Assembly: GCA_004431415.1 (NCBI GenBank)
Contig: QPMI01000496.1
Span: 372,001-436,000, forward strand
From: Cyanophora paradoxa CCMP329
Taxonomy: Eukaryota; Plantae; Glaucophyta
DNA length: 64,000 bases
Reading direction: 5' to 3'
Shown here: positions 37,201 through 49,168 of the stretch, piece by piece
How positions within the stretch are numbered: position 1 is the first letter of the stretch
How the letters are laid out: the number at the start of each line of letters is the position of its first letter
The notes under the pieces: generated by a model
The model's input: only the letters and a program-made list of their open reading frames with translations
Database searches by the model: none
What the model was told of the DNA's origin: nothing
Made by a program: the position numbers and the translations under genes

Positions 37201-38056
37201 AATAGATCACATGCGCAGGAAACGGAGCCGTTCACCCTCAACGACTATTACGACAGGACGCTTCAAGAGATCCAGGTCACGATCATCTGCAGCTGATGAT
37301 TTAAATTTATAGTATTGACCCACCTGTATTCAAAGAAAAGAAATAATATTGCAATTGTGACTGCAGGCCCAAATGACCGCCGAGCGCGAGAAGCGGCGCC
37401 AGGAGGCGGAGCAAGGAGTGCTTCAGCGGATTACGAACTTCTTCAAGATCAGGGAGGCCGACGGGGACGAGCTCAGCGTGTCGGACGCGGCCCTCACCCC
37501 TAGCCAGCAGTCCGACGTGCTGGCGATGCAGGTTGGCGTTGACGTTCCAGTTATCGCTGCCCTCGACCTAGGCCTTTCTAGATCTTTGAGTTGAAGCTCA
37601 ACGTTAACACATGTACAGTTCTCGCTATCGAGCTACTGGAAGGTCGTGTTCAAGCGCTGCTGCGACTTCGTCTGCATGCGCCTCCGCGTGAGCTATATCT
37701 TATTTTATAGCTTATATCTGTCTTTCGATCTGAACTTGCGATCGGAACCGCCACCGCAGCTTCGCCTTTCCCGCCCACTTATCACCGAACTTATCGGCTC
37801 TCTGAGCGCTCTGAAGGACAAGGACGAAGGGTGTGGTTGTCTTCAAGGCTTTATTTAATTCGAATTTTGCTCTGAAGTTCGGCTGAATTTATTGACTCGC
37901 AGGGCGCTGATGGAACTCATGGCCGAGCCGGCGGCGACGCAGCGCGAGCGGGCGAAGCTGGAGCAGAGCGTCGAGAGCCTGGAGAAGGCGCGGGCCATCC
38001 TCGCCAAGCTCCCCGCGACCCGGCCGGCGCCGGCCCCGCCGGCTTCGGCGGCGTGA
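34286..38056 (+). CDS. Mx-like dynamin-family GTPase (GTPase, middle/stalk, GED; no PH domain apparent)
   Basis: G1 [24 protein letters not shown] (G2), LTLIDLPG (G3), [21 protein letters not shown]|VD (G4), VMLRNR, stalk RGASLPNF and [25 protein letters not shown] and [25 protein letters not shown]. Confidence 0.92.
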
Positions 38057-38265
38057 CTTCAGTGAAAAATCAGAATAATTAATTGCTCAGTGCTGCTTCA
38101 CTTCGAATTCACATGGAAAAAAATCAGATTCATTCATCGACCACTCCTGCGCATGCCCCTAAGCAAATCGAGATTGATCCGTCCCTGCGGCCGCTGGAGA
38201 GTCTAGTCCCGCTAGCCGTGCATGCGCGCACTGCATCGATGCAGCTACTCCCTAGAGCGGCGGAG

Positions 38266-41200
38266 CTAGCCAGCGGGGAGCTGGACGGTGACGGAGGGGC
38301 GGCGGGAGGCGGTGCGGGAGGCGGCGCGGGAGGCGGGGGCCGACCCCGCCCGCAGGCGCCCCGCCGACCCCGGCCGCGACGGCGCCCGCGAGCCCGTCCC
38401 GCCCCCCACCGCAGCTGCGCGGCCGTGATCAGAGGCTCGGCGATAGGGGCATCAGTAGGCGCGCGGGGCGCACAGAGCGTGTTGGAGGGGGCGCGCTGCA
38501 GAGGGGCCGCCTCTTCGCCCTCGCCCTCGGCGGCGGGCCCCGCGGCCGGGGGCGGCGAGGGGGCGGAGGAGGCGGCGGGGAAGAGGCGGCGGCTGAGGCC
38601 GCGCTGCCCGGCCGTGTCGACCCAGTCGCCGAGGGGCGGGGAGCCCTGGGGCACGGGGAGGTACGTGCTCTGGCGGGACGCCTCCTCCCCCTCCGAGCCC
38701 GGCGACCTGCCGAGAAAGAGCGTAAGGAACGTAGCAACGTCTAGCGAGCGACCGAAGGGACGCGCCTGGCGCCGCCCCTGTGGAGACCGCCGCTGGCGAT
38801 GGCGGCGTCGAGCTCCATGTCGCGCAGCCGCGCCTCCAGCATCGCCGCCCGCTGCTGCAGCGCCGCCATCTGCCCCGAAGGATCAAAGGTGCGGCGGGCG
38901 GGGGGGCGGGGGCGGGGCGGGCGCGCCTGCTCCTCCTGGTAGGCGGCGATGGAGGGGGAGGGGGCGAGCCCCATCGCCGCCGCCAGCCCCGGCGACATCC
39001 CCAGCCTGCCCGCCCGCCTTGAGGGCGGCCGGAGGCGGGGGCGCAGACTGGGGAGGGGGCGCCCACCCCTTGAGGGCGGAGGAGGCGTCGCCGGCGGAGG
39101 GGAGCGCCGAGTCGAACGTGCGCTCTGCCTTGAGCATCGGCTGGAACCTGCGCGCCTGCGCCCAGCGAAGAAGAAGCTCAGGCTCGAGGACCGAGGGCCG
39201 GGCGCCCTCGCCCGCTCACGGCCGCCTTGAGGCCGGAGAGCTCCTCCTCGACCCGCTTGCGCTTCGCCTCCTCGTCCAGCAGCGAGCCCTCCGCCGTCCG
39301 CGTCCGCCGCAGGCCCTCCCCCATCAGCCGCCGCACCTGACGGGGAGGGGCGCGGAGGTCAGGGGGAGGGGTAGGGGAGGGGAATGGGGGGTACGCCACC
39401 TTGTTCGTGAGCTCCGCGATCTCCCGGTCCTTCTCCTTCAGCTGCTGCCGGTACATGACCTGAATGGGCAGGGGGGTACCGCGAATCAGGTGGGGGGTAC
39501 GGGTATGGGATCGGCGGGGGTACCGAAGTGTACGCTGTGCTCTTCTCTGCGGACGCGGAGCCGAGCTGAGACTGCATCTCTGCGGCGGGGGTTACGTCAC
39601 GCGAGGTGGAAGGGGTACAGTTGCGGAAAGAATTCGCGTACCCTGCCGCGCCTGCTCTTCCTGCGCGCTGGCCGCGCCCCTCTGCTCCCTCAGCGCCTCC
39701 ACGATCTGAGAGGGGGGGGGGGGGTCGACGCGTCAGATATCGCCCCCGCGTACCCCCCTCCCCATTCCCCCAGCTCGCCTTGTCGTACTCCTTCCGGAGG
39801 GACTCGTTCCGCCCGATCGTGTTCTGCACCACCTGCGCGGGGGCGTCGGTACCCCCCCTCCTTCCCCCCCGGTACCCCCCGGGGACCATCTGGGCGCGGC
39901 GGAGCTGCTTGGTGAGGGCGGTGATCTCCTGCGCCTGCGACCGGCGTCAGCGCCCCGCCTCTTCTCTCCCCTCAGAGGCTAGAGGCTTCGTGGCTAGGGA
40001 CAAGACGAACGCTCTCCTCCCCGATCTTCCCTCCCTCCCGCCCTCCCCCCCGCCCCCTTCCGGCGGACCTGGCGGGCGGCGATGGCCTCGAGGCGCTCGA
40101 CGGCGCGGTCGGCGCGGAGGGCGTCGGCGCGGCGCATGTCGGTGCGGTACGACTCGGTCGTCACGCTCGCCACCCGCAGCTGCCCCTCGAGCGCCTGCTT
40201 CTCCCCTGCCGAGGAGCCGCTCAGGAAGGAAGGGAACAGCGGGAGCGGGAGGGGCGGGCGGGCCCTCGACGGCGTTGAGGCGGGCGAGCTCGCGCTCGTA
40301 CCGCTCGACCGTCTTCGCGTGCCGCACCTGCCCCCCGGGCCCGGCCCCCGTCAGCGGGCGAGCGGGCGCCGGAGCCTGGTTGGCAGAGCGGCGCAGCTCG
40401 AGGCGGCGGCGGCGGCCGCTTCTAGTACGAAGAAGGCCGCCCGCCCGGCGGGCGGGCGGGCGGGCGGAGCTCGAGGCGGCCGCCTCTTAAGCTTCAAATA
40501 AGAACGGAAGCCGCCGCGGGGGCGGGGCGGGGCGGGGCGGGCGGACGCACGTGGATCTTGTGGACCTCGTGCTCGTGCTGGACCTTCAGCGCCTGCACCT
40601 GGTTCTCCACCTGCCCCGGGGGCTCGTTCGGGCGCCTCCCCCCTCATCCCCATCCCTCCCCTCCCCCCATCCCCATCCCCATGCGCCGGGAGGATGGGAG
40701 GCGGGGGCGGGGGGCGGCGGGCCTGGGCGATGTGGGTGATCTTGATGTCCTTGCTGCGCTCCACGTCCTTCAGCCGCCGCATCTCCACCTGCCCGCCAGA
40801 GCGAGGCCCCTCAGATCTAGAGGCGAGGGAGGGAGGGAGGGAGGGGAGGGCGGCGGGGGCCTTAGAGGGGAGGGAGGGAGGGAGGAGAGGGAGGAAAGCA
40901 GGGGCGGCTCGCCTTCATGCGGGAGATCTCGAGGTCCCGCTCGTCCACGCGCCGCTCCGCCCCCGCCACCTCCCCCTCCAGCCGCCGCACCTGCTAGGGT
41001 TAGGCTCGGCTCGCTCCGCCTTGCTGGGGGCCGGGGCCGGGGCCGCGCCTCGTCGCGGAGGAGGGCCTCGCGCTCCCGCGCCTTCTCCTCCGCGAGCCGC
41101 ACCCGCCCCTCCGCCTCCCGCACGCGCTCCCCCGCCTCCCCCGCCCCCGCCCTCTGGAGGAGGGGGTGGGCGGAGGGAGGGGGGGGAGAAAGCTTGGGGG

Positions 41201-42189
41201 TACAGCCCGCGCACCAGGGCGGCCATCTCGGACTTGAGGGCGTCGATCTGCCGCTCCTGCTCCGACCGCTTCCGCGCCAGCTGCGGGGGGGTATACGGTC
41301 GTTTCGGGTGGGGGGAAGGGGGATGGGAAAGGTAGGGGTAGAGGCACCTGCGACTTCAGCTCGTTCTCGTACTCCTCCTTGAAGGCGAGGAGGGTACGCA
41401 GGTTCGCCCGAAGGTAATCCAGCACCACGATTGGGTTCTGCGGGGGTACATCGCTTCGGGAGACAGACCGCGCAAGCGGGGGTACCGACCTGCCCCTTGA
41501 GCTCCGCGCGCTCCTTCTCGAGGTCCGCGGGGGTATCCCCCTCCGCCGACCGGTCCTTCATCTCGAGGTACCTGTGCGCGTACCCCCTCGCCCTCGAGCC
41601 CTCGATGCCGGGGTACGGGGCGCGGGGGGCGGGCGGACAGGCTGATGACGGCGCCCTCGACCTGGTCGACGCGGGCGATGCGCTCGCGGGAGCGCGCGGC
41701 CTTCTCCGTCGCCTCCTCGAGCTGCCTCCTCAGGAACGCCAGCTCCACCTGCGGCGGCGCGGGCTTCAGAGAGGAAGGAAGCGCGGGCGGGGCGGGGCGG
41801 GGCGGGGTGGGGCGGGCCTGAGAAGAGGCGTTCCCTTCCTGCAGCTGCCGCGTCAGCTTCTCGTTCTCCGCCTCAAGGAACGCAATCCTGCGCCCCGCGC
41901 ACGGTGCGGTAAGAAAGCTGCGATTGCAGGCCCCTAGACCTCGGGCTGCAGCGCCAGCGCACTTCTGCGACAGGTCCTGCGGGTCGAGCGGGCGGGCGTC
42001 AGCGGCTGCAGAGAGGGGCGGGGCGACCGGGAATGAGGGGCTGGCGCTCGCCTTGAGGTTGATGCTGCCGTCCCGCTGCAGCCGGATGCTCCCGCTCGGC
42101 TGCAGGCGGAGCGAGGTGGCCGACGGGATCCGCGGTGGCGTGGACGCTATGGAAGCCATGGAAGCCGCGGACGTTAGGACGGACTCCAT
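38266..42189 (-). CDS. Long coiled-coil protein with Ser/Pro-rich termini
   Basis: Heptad-rich exons IAFLEAENEKLTRQLQE, VLDYLRANLRTLLAFKEEYENELK, YRQQLKEKDREIAELTNK and MAALQQRAAMLEARLRDME. The 3' end is approximate. Confidence 0.75.
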
Positions 42190-42643
42190 GTTTCTGCCGG
42201 GCCGAGCGCCTGGCGCTCTTTCCGCCTAGGCCTGCTGATCCGAGGCCAGGTCGGGCCCGGGGTGGTTAAGGTCGCAGGTCTGCCTCTGTACGCTAGCAGA
42301 TTGCTAGCTACGCCTCCTCGCCGGTTGCGACGGCATAGCTAGCGGCGCCAGGCGCGAGGTGGATCGAAGTGGGTCGCAGCCTGTTTTGTGACGCTAGGGC
42401 TTTGTTCAGGCAGCACAGAGTCCGCCGCTTGTTCCCTTGGGCAGCCTTCGAGCGTCTGGCCGGCGAGGTGCTTGAACTTAATTGTACCCGGGAGAGATCA
42501 GAGGAGATCGCCTTCCTGCTTGCCTCCCCGCTGCGTGCTCACAGCCAAGTTCGCGTGAAGCCTTTTCTTCTGCTCCCGGAGATCCGTTGGATCCCAGAAT
42601 CTGTTCAGCGCGAGCTTGGCGAAACCAGCGTGGGCAACAGGAT

Positions 42644-45255
42644 ATGGACGTCCCCGAGTCTCCCTCCAGCTCGTCGAGGGTAATCATCGAGCCCAGTGTC
42701 ATGGCCGGACGAACACAGAGCGCATCGAACGCTGAGGCGAGCCGGGCCGACGACAAGAAAGACAAGCAGGATGTGCGCGTGGATGCGGAAACGGTGCGCC
42801 AATTTGCGCCCCGCTGCGCGCCGCGCCTGCCCCGCCAACCTGTCCTCCCAGCTGCGCGAGTTCCTGAGCTGCAGCATCTGCCTCGAGACGCTCGTGGACC
42901 CCAGAGCGCTCTCTTGTAGTCACACTTTCTGCTCCAGCTGCCTGCGGGGCATCGGTGCGGCCCGCGGGGATGCGCGCGTGCCCGCCCGGAGCGGCCCCTC
43001 ACACGCCCCCGCAGCCGACTCGACGAGCGACAACAAGCAGATCCGGTGTCCGGTGTGCAGGAAAGCGACGCCGCTGGGCGGCGGATTCGTGGACGACCTC
43101 CCGCGGAACGTCCTCGTCGTCCACCTGCTCGAGACGGTGCAGATCTCGGCGCTCCCGCCGCCGGCGTGCGCGGAGTGCGGCCCGAGCTCCACGGGCGACG
43201 TCTTCTGCCCGGACTGCCGCGCCGTCCTCTGCAGCCCCTGCAGCGAGCGCATCCACTCGGTGCGGCACGCCGCCCCGGCCCGGCCCCGGGCCCTGGCGCG
43301 CAGCCTTCGCTCACGCGTTCTTGCCCGGCGGCAGATGCGTACCTTCGCGAGGCACCAGCCGACGGAGCTGCGGGGGAACGGGCGGCGCGGCGGCGGCGGC
43401 GCGGGGGCGGCGGCGGCGGCCGCGGCGGCGGCGGCGGCGCGGCGCGGGCGGAGGCGCGGGAGTCGGCGCCGCAGCAGCCGCAGCAGCCGCAGGAGGCGGA
43501 GGCGGGCCGCTTCGCGAGCGACGGCTCGCCGGCGTGCCCGCACTGCGGCGCGGCCGCGGACCTCTTCTGCGAGGCCATCCGCTCCCCCGTCTGCCGCTCC
43601 TGCGCCTACCTCTCCCGGTGCGCACGGCGCCCCTCCGTCCAGGGCCGGGGCGAGGGCCGACCCGCGGTGCCCTCGCAGGCACGCGGGGCACCCGTCGCAC
43701 CGGCCGCTGGCGACGGTGGCGGCGGAGGCGCGGGCGGAGCTGCGCGGGTCGACCGAGGCGGCCCGGGGCATGCTCCGCGCCGCAGACACAGTCCAGGCGC
43801 TCCCCTCCCCTCCCCTCCCCTCCATCTCGTCTCCGCTGAGCCTAGCCCGGGCAGGCGGCGCTCGCCGGGGAGACCATCAAGTGCACCCGCACCATGGCCC
43901 TCGCCCGCGCCCGCCTCCAGGCCGCCCACCAAACGGTGCGCCGTACCCCCCTCCCCAAACGGCTCTCCTCGAATGCCGAGTGACTGTACCCCCCCGCAGG
44001 CACTGCGCGCCATCGAGGAGCGGCGGGACCTGCTGGAGGCCGCCCTCGCCTCCCGCGAGGCGCGCTCGTACCCCCCCCCCCGGACTCCCCCCCCCCCCCC
44101 GTGACTCACGCGCACCCGCAGGGGGCGTACAAGGACGCGGCGGGGCGCGTGGAGGCGGCGCTCAAGACGGCGGGGGCGAGCCTCAAGGGCGCCGTCGCCG
44201 CCGCCGAGCGCGCCTCCAGTGCGCCGCCGCCGTACCCCCCTCTCCTCCGTTATCCCAGTACCCCCGACGCTCTCCTCCCCCTGCAGCCGGGGACGACGCG
44301 TGGCTGCTGCGGCGGCTGCCGTCGCTGCTGGGCCGCCTGCGGGCGGCCGCCTCTGTGGACCTCCCCGCCGCCGTCGCCGCCCCGGCCCTCTCCCCCGCCA
44401 AGGAGCTCGCCCCCCTCTTCTTCGAGGCCCTCGTGCGCCCCCGCCGCACCCCCGCCCCACCCCCCACCCACCCACCCACCCCACCCGCCTCACCCGCCTC
44501 CCCGGGGCAGGTGCCGGAGCCGTCGCCGCCGCTGCTGGCGGCCGAGTCGAGCCGCGTGGTCGCAGAGGTCCCGTGGCGCCCCGAGCTCGGCGAGCAGGCG
44601 AGCGCGCGTACCCCCCTCCCCACTTCCAAGAGACGCCCGCCCCCCTCCCTGACCCCGTACCCCCCGCATCCGCAGAACCACTTCAGCCCGAACGTGGACT
44701 GCGCGGGGTGGACGTGGTCCCTCTGCGTCGTCCCCAGCGGCCGCGGCGAGGCCGCCGGCACCGACTCCGCCGCCTACCTCTACTGCCGCCAGGCGCGCCC
44801 GCCCCCCCCTCCCCCCCCTCCTCTAGATCCAGGAGGGCTGACGGGCGCCTCCTCGTCGCTCAGGCGCGGGGCCTGCCGGCGGGGGTGGAGCTCTTCACGA
44901 CCTTCCGCTTCTCGCTGCTGGACGCGGCGGGGCGGCCCGTCGCCTCCCACGTCGCCTCCGTCGTGCGTACCCCCCCCTCGCCGATCTGAGCGATCTGAGC
45001 AATCTGAGCCTCGGCTGAGCTTCGCGGGGCAGGCGTACACGGCGGAGGAGGACAACTGGGGCTCCGGCAAGTTCGTGCCCCGCGCCGTCGCCGCCCGCGA
45101 GGCCCGCTCCGGGCCCTCCACCGTCCGCCCCCGCCCCCGCCCCGCCCCTCTGGTTCGCCTCTGATTCGCCTCAGTCGCCCGAGGCGCAGGACCTCTTCCT
45201 CTGCTTCGAGGTCGACATCTCCTCGGCGCGCCTCCGCCGCATCGCCGCCCGCTAG
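42644..45255 (+). CDS. TRIM-like RING-B-box-B-box-coiled-coil-MATH protein (TRIM37-type architecture)
   Basis: C3HC4 RING CSICLETLVDPRALSCSHTFCSSCL..CPVCR plus LPRN; B-box1 CAECGPSSTGDVFCPDCRAVLCSPCSERIH..H; B-box2 CPHCGAAADLFCEAIRSPVCRSC..HAGH; helical region; MATH FSPNVDCAGWTWSLCVVPSG..AYLYC..FRFSLLD..NWGSGKFV..LFLCFEVDI. Confidence 0.88.
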
Positions 45256-46239
45256 ACGGCGACCCGGCCCCGGCCCCGCACCGCCGGGGCCCCCTCGCTC
45301 GATCGATCGATCGAGCCGGGGCGGGCCCCTGCTGTCCATTGCGGCCCCCGGCCGTCGGGGCGGCTGCGCACGCGCTTCCGAGGCTCTCCCCCGACGCGTT
45401 CGGCACACTCCGCCTTCGAGGGCTCGACCCAGCGCTCTGCCGAATCCGATATCGATGTTTGAAAGAGCTCGCCGCGGCGGGCGCCCCCTGCGCATGTGCG
45501 CTAGCAAGGCTGCTCGGCGTGCTCGCCTCCAGGGGCCAGGCCCCAGGCTCGAGCTCGAGCTCCGGGATTCCAGCCACAAATTGATCTCCCGCCGAACCGG
45601 TACCGATGAAGGTCTAGGACCCTCCGGACTCATGTCCGGCGCACCGTGTACCCCCGGCTAAGAGCATCGGACAACTGCGCCAAGTTGCCGCCAGTGTGAA
45701 CGCTTAACGCTACGTTCGAGCGTTTCTGGCAGCCTATAGGCTATAGCGTCAGGCCCGCCACGTTCACGGCCCGCAATCAGCTAGCTAGAGCGCTGGCTAG
45801 CTATTGTTCTTCGCAATTGCAAGGACAACTCGCGAACGCGCGTCATAGCCGCCAGGCGCGCAAGCAGGGCGCTCGGAGCGCGCTCGAAGCCTTCCTCTTT
45901 CGCCTTTCAGCGTGGGGGAAGAGCTTCTGAAGTCTCAGCAGCCTCGCGCGACGCGCTCGACCGGAGCTGCAAGCTCGCTCGTTCGCCGTCGACGTCGTCG
46001 GCACCGATGCAGGCGGCTCGATGACGTGAGACCCGCTGCTCAGCAGTGCACGTGAGACCAGCCTACGCTTCGGCTCGTACGCTTAGACTCAGCCCCGCTC
46101 GCGCACGAGTATTCCAAGCCTGCGGCTTCGACCTTGAGCGCAATTGCAACCGCCACGTGCACGGCTGCAGCTGGCGAGGTCGGCGCCGGAGCTTGAGTCA
46201 GCGCGGGAGCGCGCGCGCGCGCGCGCCGGGTGCTGAGGC

Positions 46240-49128
46240 ATGGTCTTTGCGGCCCGAGAAACGCTCGCTTGGCCCGCGCCGCGGCGCCGGCGAGGCGACC
46301 GCGGCGAGCGAGGGCCCGCCCGCTGCGCCCTGCAGCTGCCTGCGGGGGTCCTGGGCCTCCTCCTCCTGGGCCTCCTCCTGGCGGCCCGCGCGCCGAGGCC
46401 GGCGGCGGCGCAGTGCGTCGTCTCCTCGGTCAGCGCGACGTGCCTCTCCACGACGCGCGTCTACGCCGGGGACTACGTCGCCTACGCCAAGGGGGCCATG
46501 AGCCAGGCAAGCCAGCCCAGCGCCCCGCCGCGCCACGCGCGCCCCGCGCTCCCAGCGCTCGCCCCCGGCCGGCTCCTGACTTCTTGACTCCAGACGAGCA
46601 ACTGCCAGAGCGGGCAGCGGAGTTCCGCGGCGGGCACGGGTTCCGCCCCCTGCCTGGAGGATAACGGGGACACGATGGACAGCTCCTGGTGCAGTCTCTG
46701 TGCGCCCTGCTGTCCCCTTGCCCCCATACCCCCTCTTCCCCCCTCCCCCACCCCCCCTCGGCTCCCCCGCTCACTCCCCGCCAGGCGCCCTCTTCGCTGG
46801 GGACTCGTTCTCGTACGCGGTCGAGCTGCCCTCGACGGGGGCGTACAACGTTTCCGTCCGCTACGCCACCGTCAGCGCCGGCGTGCAGATGACCGTCGCC
46901 GCGGGGGGTACGCATTTTTAGTCTCCCGCGCGCGCGCGCGACGGCGCGTCCACGCGTCGTCCGACGGCGGCCTCCGCAGGGGCCAACGCGACCTTCGCAA
47001 GCCCCTCCACGAACTCCTGGTGCCCCCCGTACCCCCCTCGCTCCCCCGTACCCCGCCTCCTTCCCCCGCACCCCTTCCCTCCCCGCACTCCTTCTTTTTC
47101 CCCCTCACCCCCCTCCCCTACCTCGGCCTGACGCTTCGGGATACAGGTTCACGTGGGCGTTCTCGACTTCTTCCCCCCTCGTGTTTCAGGCGGGCGTGAC
47201 CACGATGACCGTTACGGTCGGGGGCAGGTCCGCCTGTCGCCTCCCCCCCCCCCCCCCCCCCCAACCCTTCTCCCTCCTCCCTCCCTTCGCCGACTGCCCC
47301 CCCCCCCCCCCCCACCCCTTTCGCCGCAGCGGGAACCCGAACATCAATTTCTTCGACCTCTGCCAAGTCGCCGACGCCGCCGCGGTCTCATGTCCCCTGC
47401 CCCCCACCCCTTCCCCTTCCCCTTCCCCTCCCCTTCTCCCTCCCCTCCCCCAGTTCTTCGCCGAGCCCCAGCCCCAGCCCCAGCCCCTCCCCTCCCCCTC
47501 CCCCTCCCCTCCCCCTCGCCGGCGCCCTTGTCGGCGGCCGTCGTACCCCTCGCCGGCTTCGACTCCTCGGGCCGCGTCTACCTCCCCGTGCCCGAGGTCC
47601 TCCTAGGAGCCCCCGCGGCCTACGGTGCCCCCCTACCCCTCCCCCGTCCCCTCCCCCCTCCCCACCTGACCGCCGGGAGCAGCTGCCGGGGGGTACGAGC
47701 TGTTGTGGAGCCAGGACGGCGGCCCGGCGATCGCGAACGCGAGCGGGTCGACGGGGGCGCGGCTTCGGCTCCCGGGGGCGCTCCTTAAGCCCGGGAACTT
47801 CTCGTTCTCCCTCAGCATCCGTGATCCAGCCTCGGGCGAGGCCCGCCTCACGGCCTTCGCCTTCTCCTCCAGCTACCTCCCCGGTCCGCTCATGGAGCTG
47901 TATACGTACCCCCCCTCACGCCCCGCCCCCCGCTGAAAGCGCCCCGGCCTTTGCAGTGCTGAAGGCGCGGCTCCAGGCGGGCGCGGAGTACGGCCCCTTC
48001 CTGGAGCGCTGGGTCGCCTCGGCCTCCTTCCGCGCCGACGTCGCCGCCGCCGTCGCCGCCGCCTTCGGCGTACCCCCCGCCCGCGTCGGCGGCCTCGCCT
48101 TCTCCCCCGGGCTCTCCATCGGTGCCCGTCCCCTCGAGCCCCCGCCCCGCCCCGCCCCGCTCCGTCCGACGCGCACACACACAGCGGCGAACATCACTTC
48201 GACGAGCGCGGAGGAGGCGGCCGCGCTGCCCTCGCTCCCCGCCGCGTTCGACCCCGCCGCGCTCTCGGCCGCCCTCGGGGGCGCCCCCGCCTCGCTCGCC
48301 TCCGCCGCCGTCGTCGACGGCACCGTGCCCGGCGAGCCGAGGGCCCAGATCCTGCCCCTGCCACCCTTCGGCCTCGGCCCCGGCGGCGCCATAGAGCTCA
48401 AGGGCGGCGGAGCGACCCTGGACGGCCGGTTCCTCGTGGGCGGCTTCGATGGCGCCCTCTCCTCCTTCCAGTGGACCCTTCGCCCCGCCCCCTCCTCCGG
48501 GTCCCGGCGAACGCTCCTCCAGAGCGGGCCGTGCCCCTTCGCCGCGCCCGCCCCGGGGGCATCCCTCGCCGCGCCTCTCCTGTCCCTGACGCTCCTCGGC
48601 TCCGGCCCCTGCGCGATATCCCTGCGCGTCACCGACGTCCGGGTACGCCATTGATCGGCGCGGCACCCTCCCTTCCCCGGCGCTTCATCTCACGCGGTTC
48701 CCCGCCCCGGCAGGGCGTGGCCTCCCAGGTGGGCGCGACGCTCTCGATCGTGGCCGTACCCCCCGGCGCGGCGAACGTACCCCCGCGGATCTCCATGCCC
48801 CCCGCCCTCCAGGTCGCCCCGGGGGCCGGCAACTCCACCGTCGTACCCCTGAGCGCGAACGTCACGGACGACGACGGGTGCAGCCCCAGCCCCTTCCTCT
48901 CTTGAGCTCCGCGGCGCGCCTCACCCGCGCCCCGCCGGCAGCGTGGTGGTCTCGGCGACGTGGCGGCAGGTGGGCGGCAACACGGCGCGGGGCCTCGCGG
49001 GGCGCATGGGCCCCGGGAGCACCGCCGCCACGGCCCTGCTCGAGGGGTACGGCCAGTGGGTCTTCCGCCTCACTGTCTCCGACGACGCCGGCGCCGAGGT
49101 GCGCGTTGACGTACCCCCCGCCGTCCCG

Positions 49129-49168
<40 letters not shown>

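Noticed and set aside
38083-39915. 610-aa plus-strand ORF
   Set aside because: Antisense shadow of the minus-strand coiled-coil gene, with Arg/Gly/Pro-rich composition and no motifs.
42696-45164. 822-aa ORF as a single-exon protein
   Set aside because: It is read-through of stop-poor GC-rich introns; domain motifs switch frame at GT/GC-AG introns.
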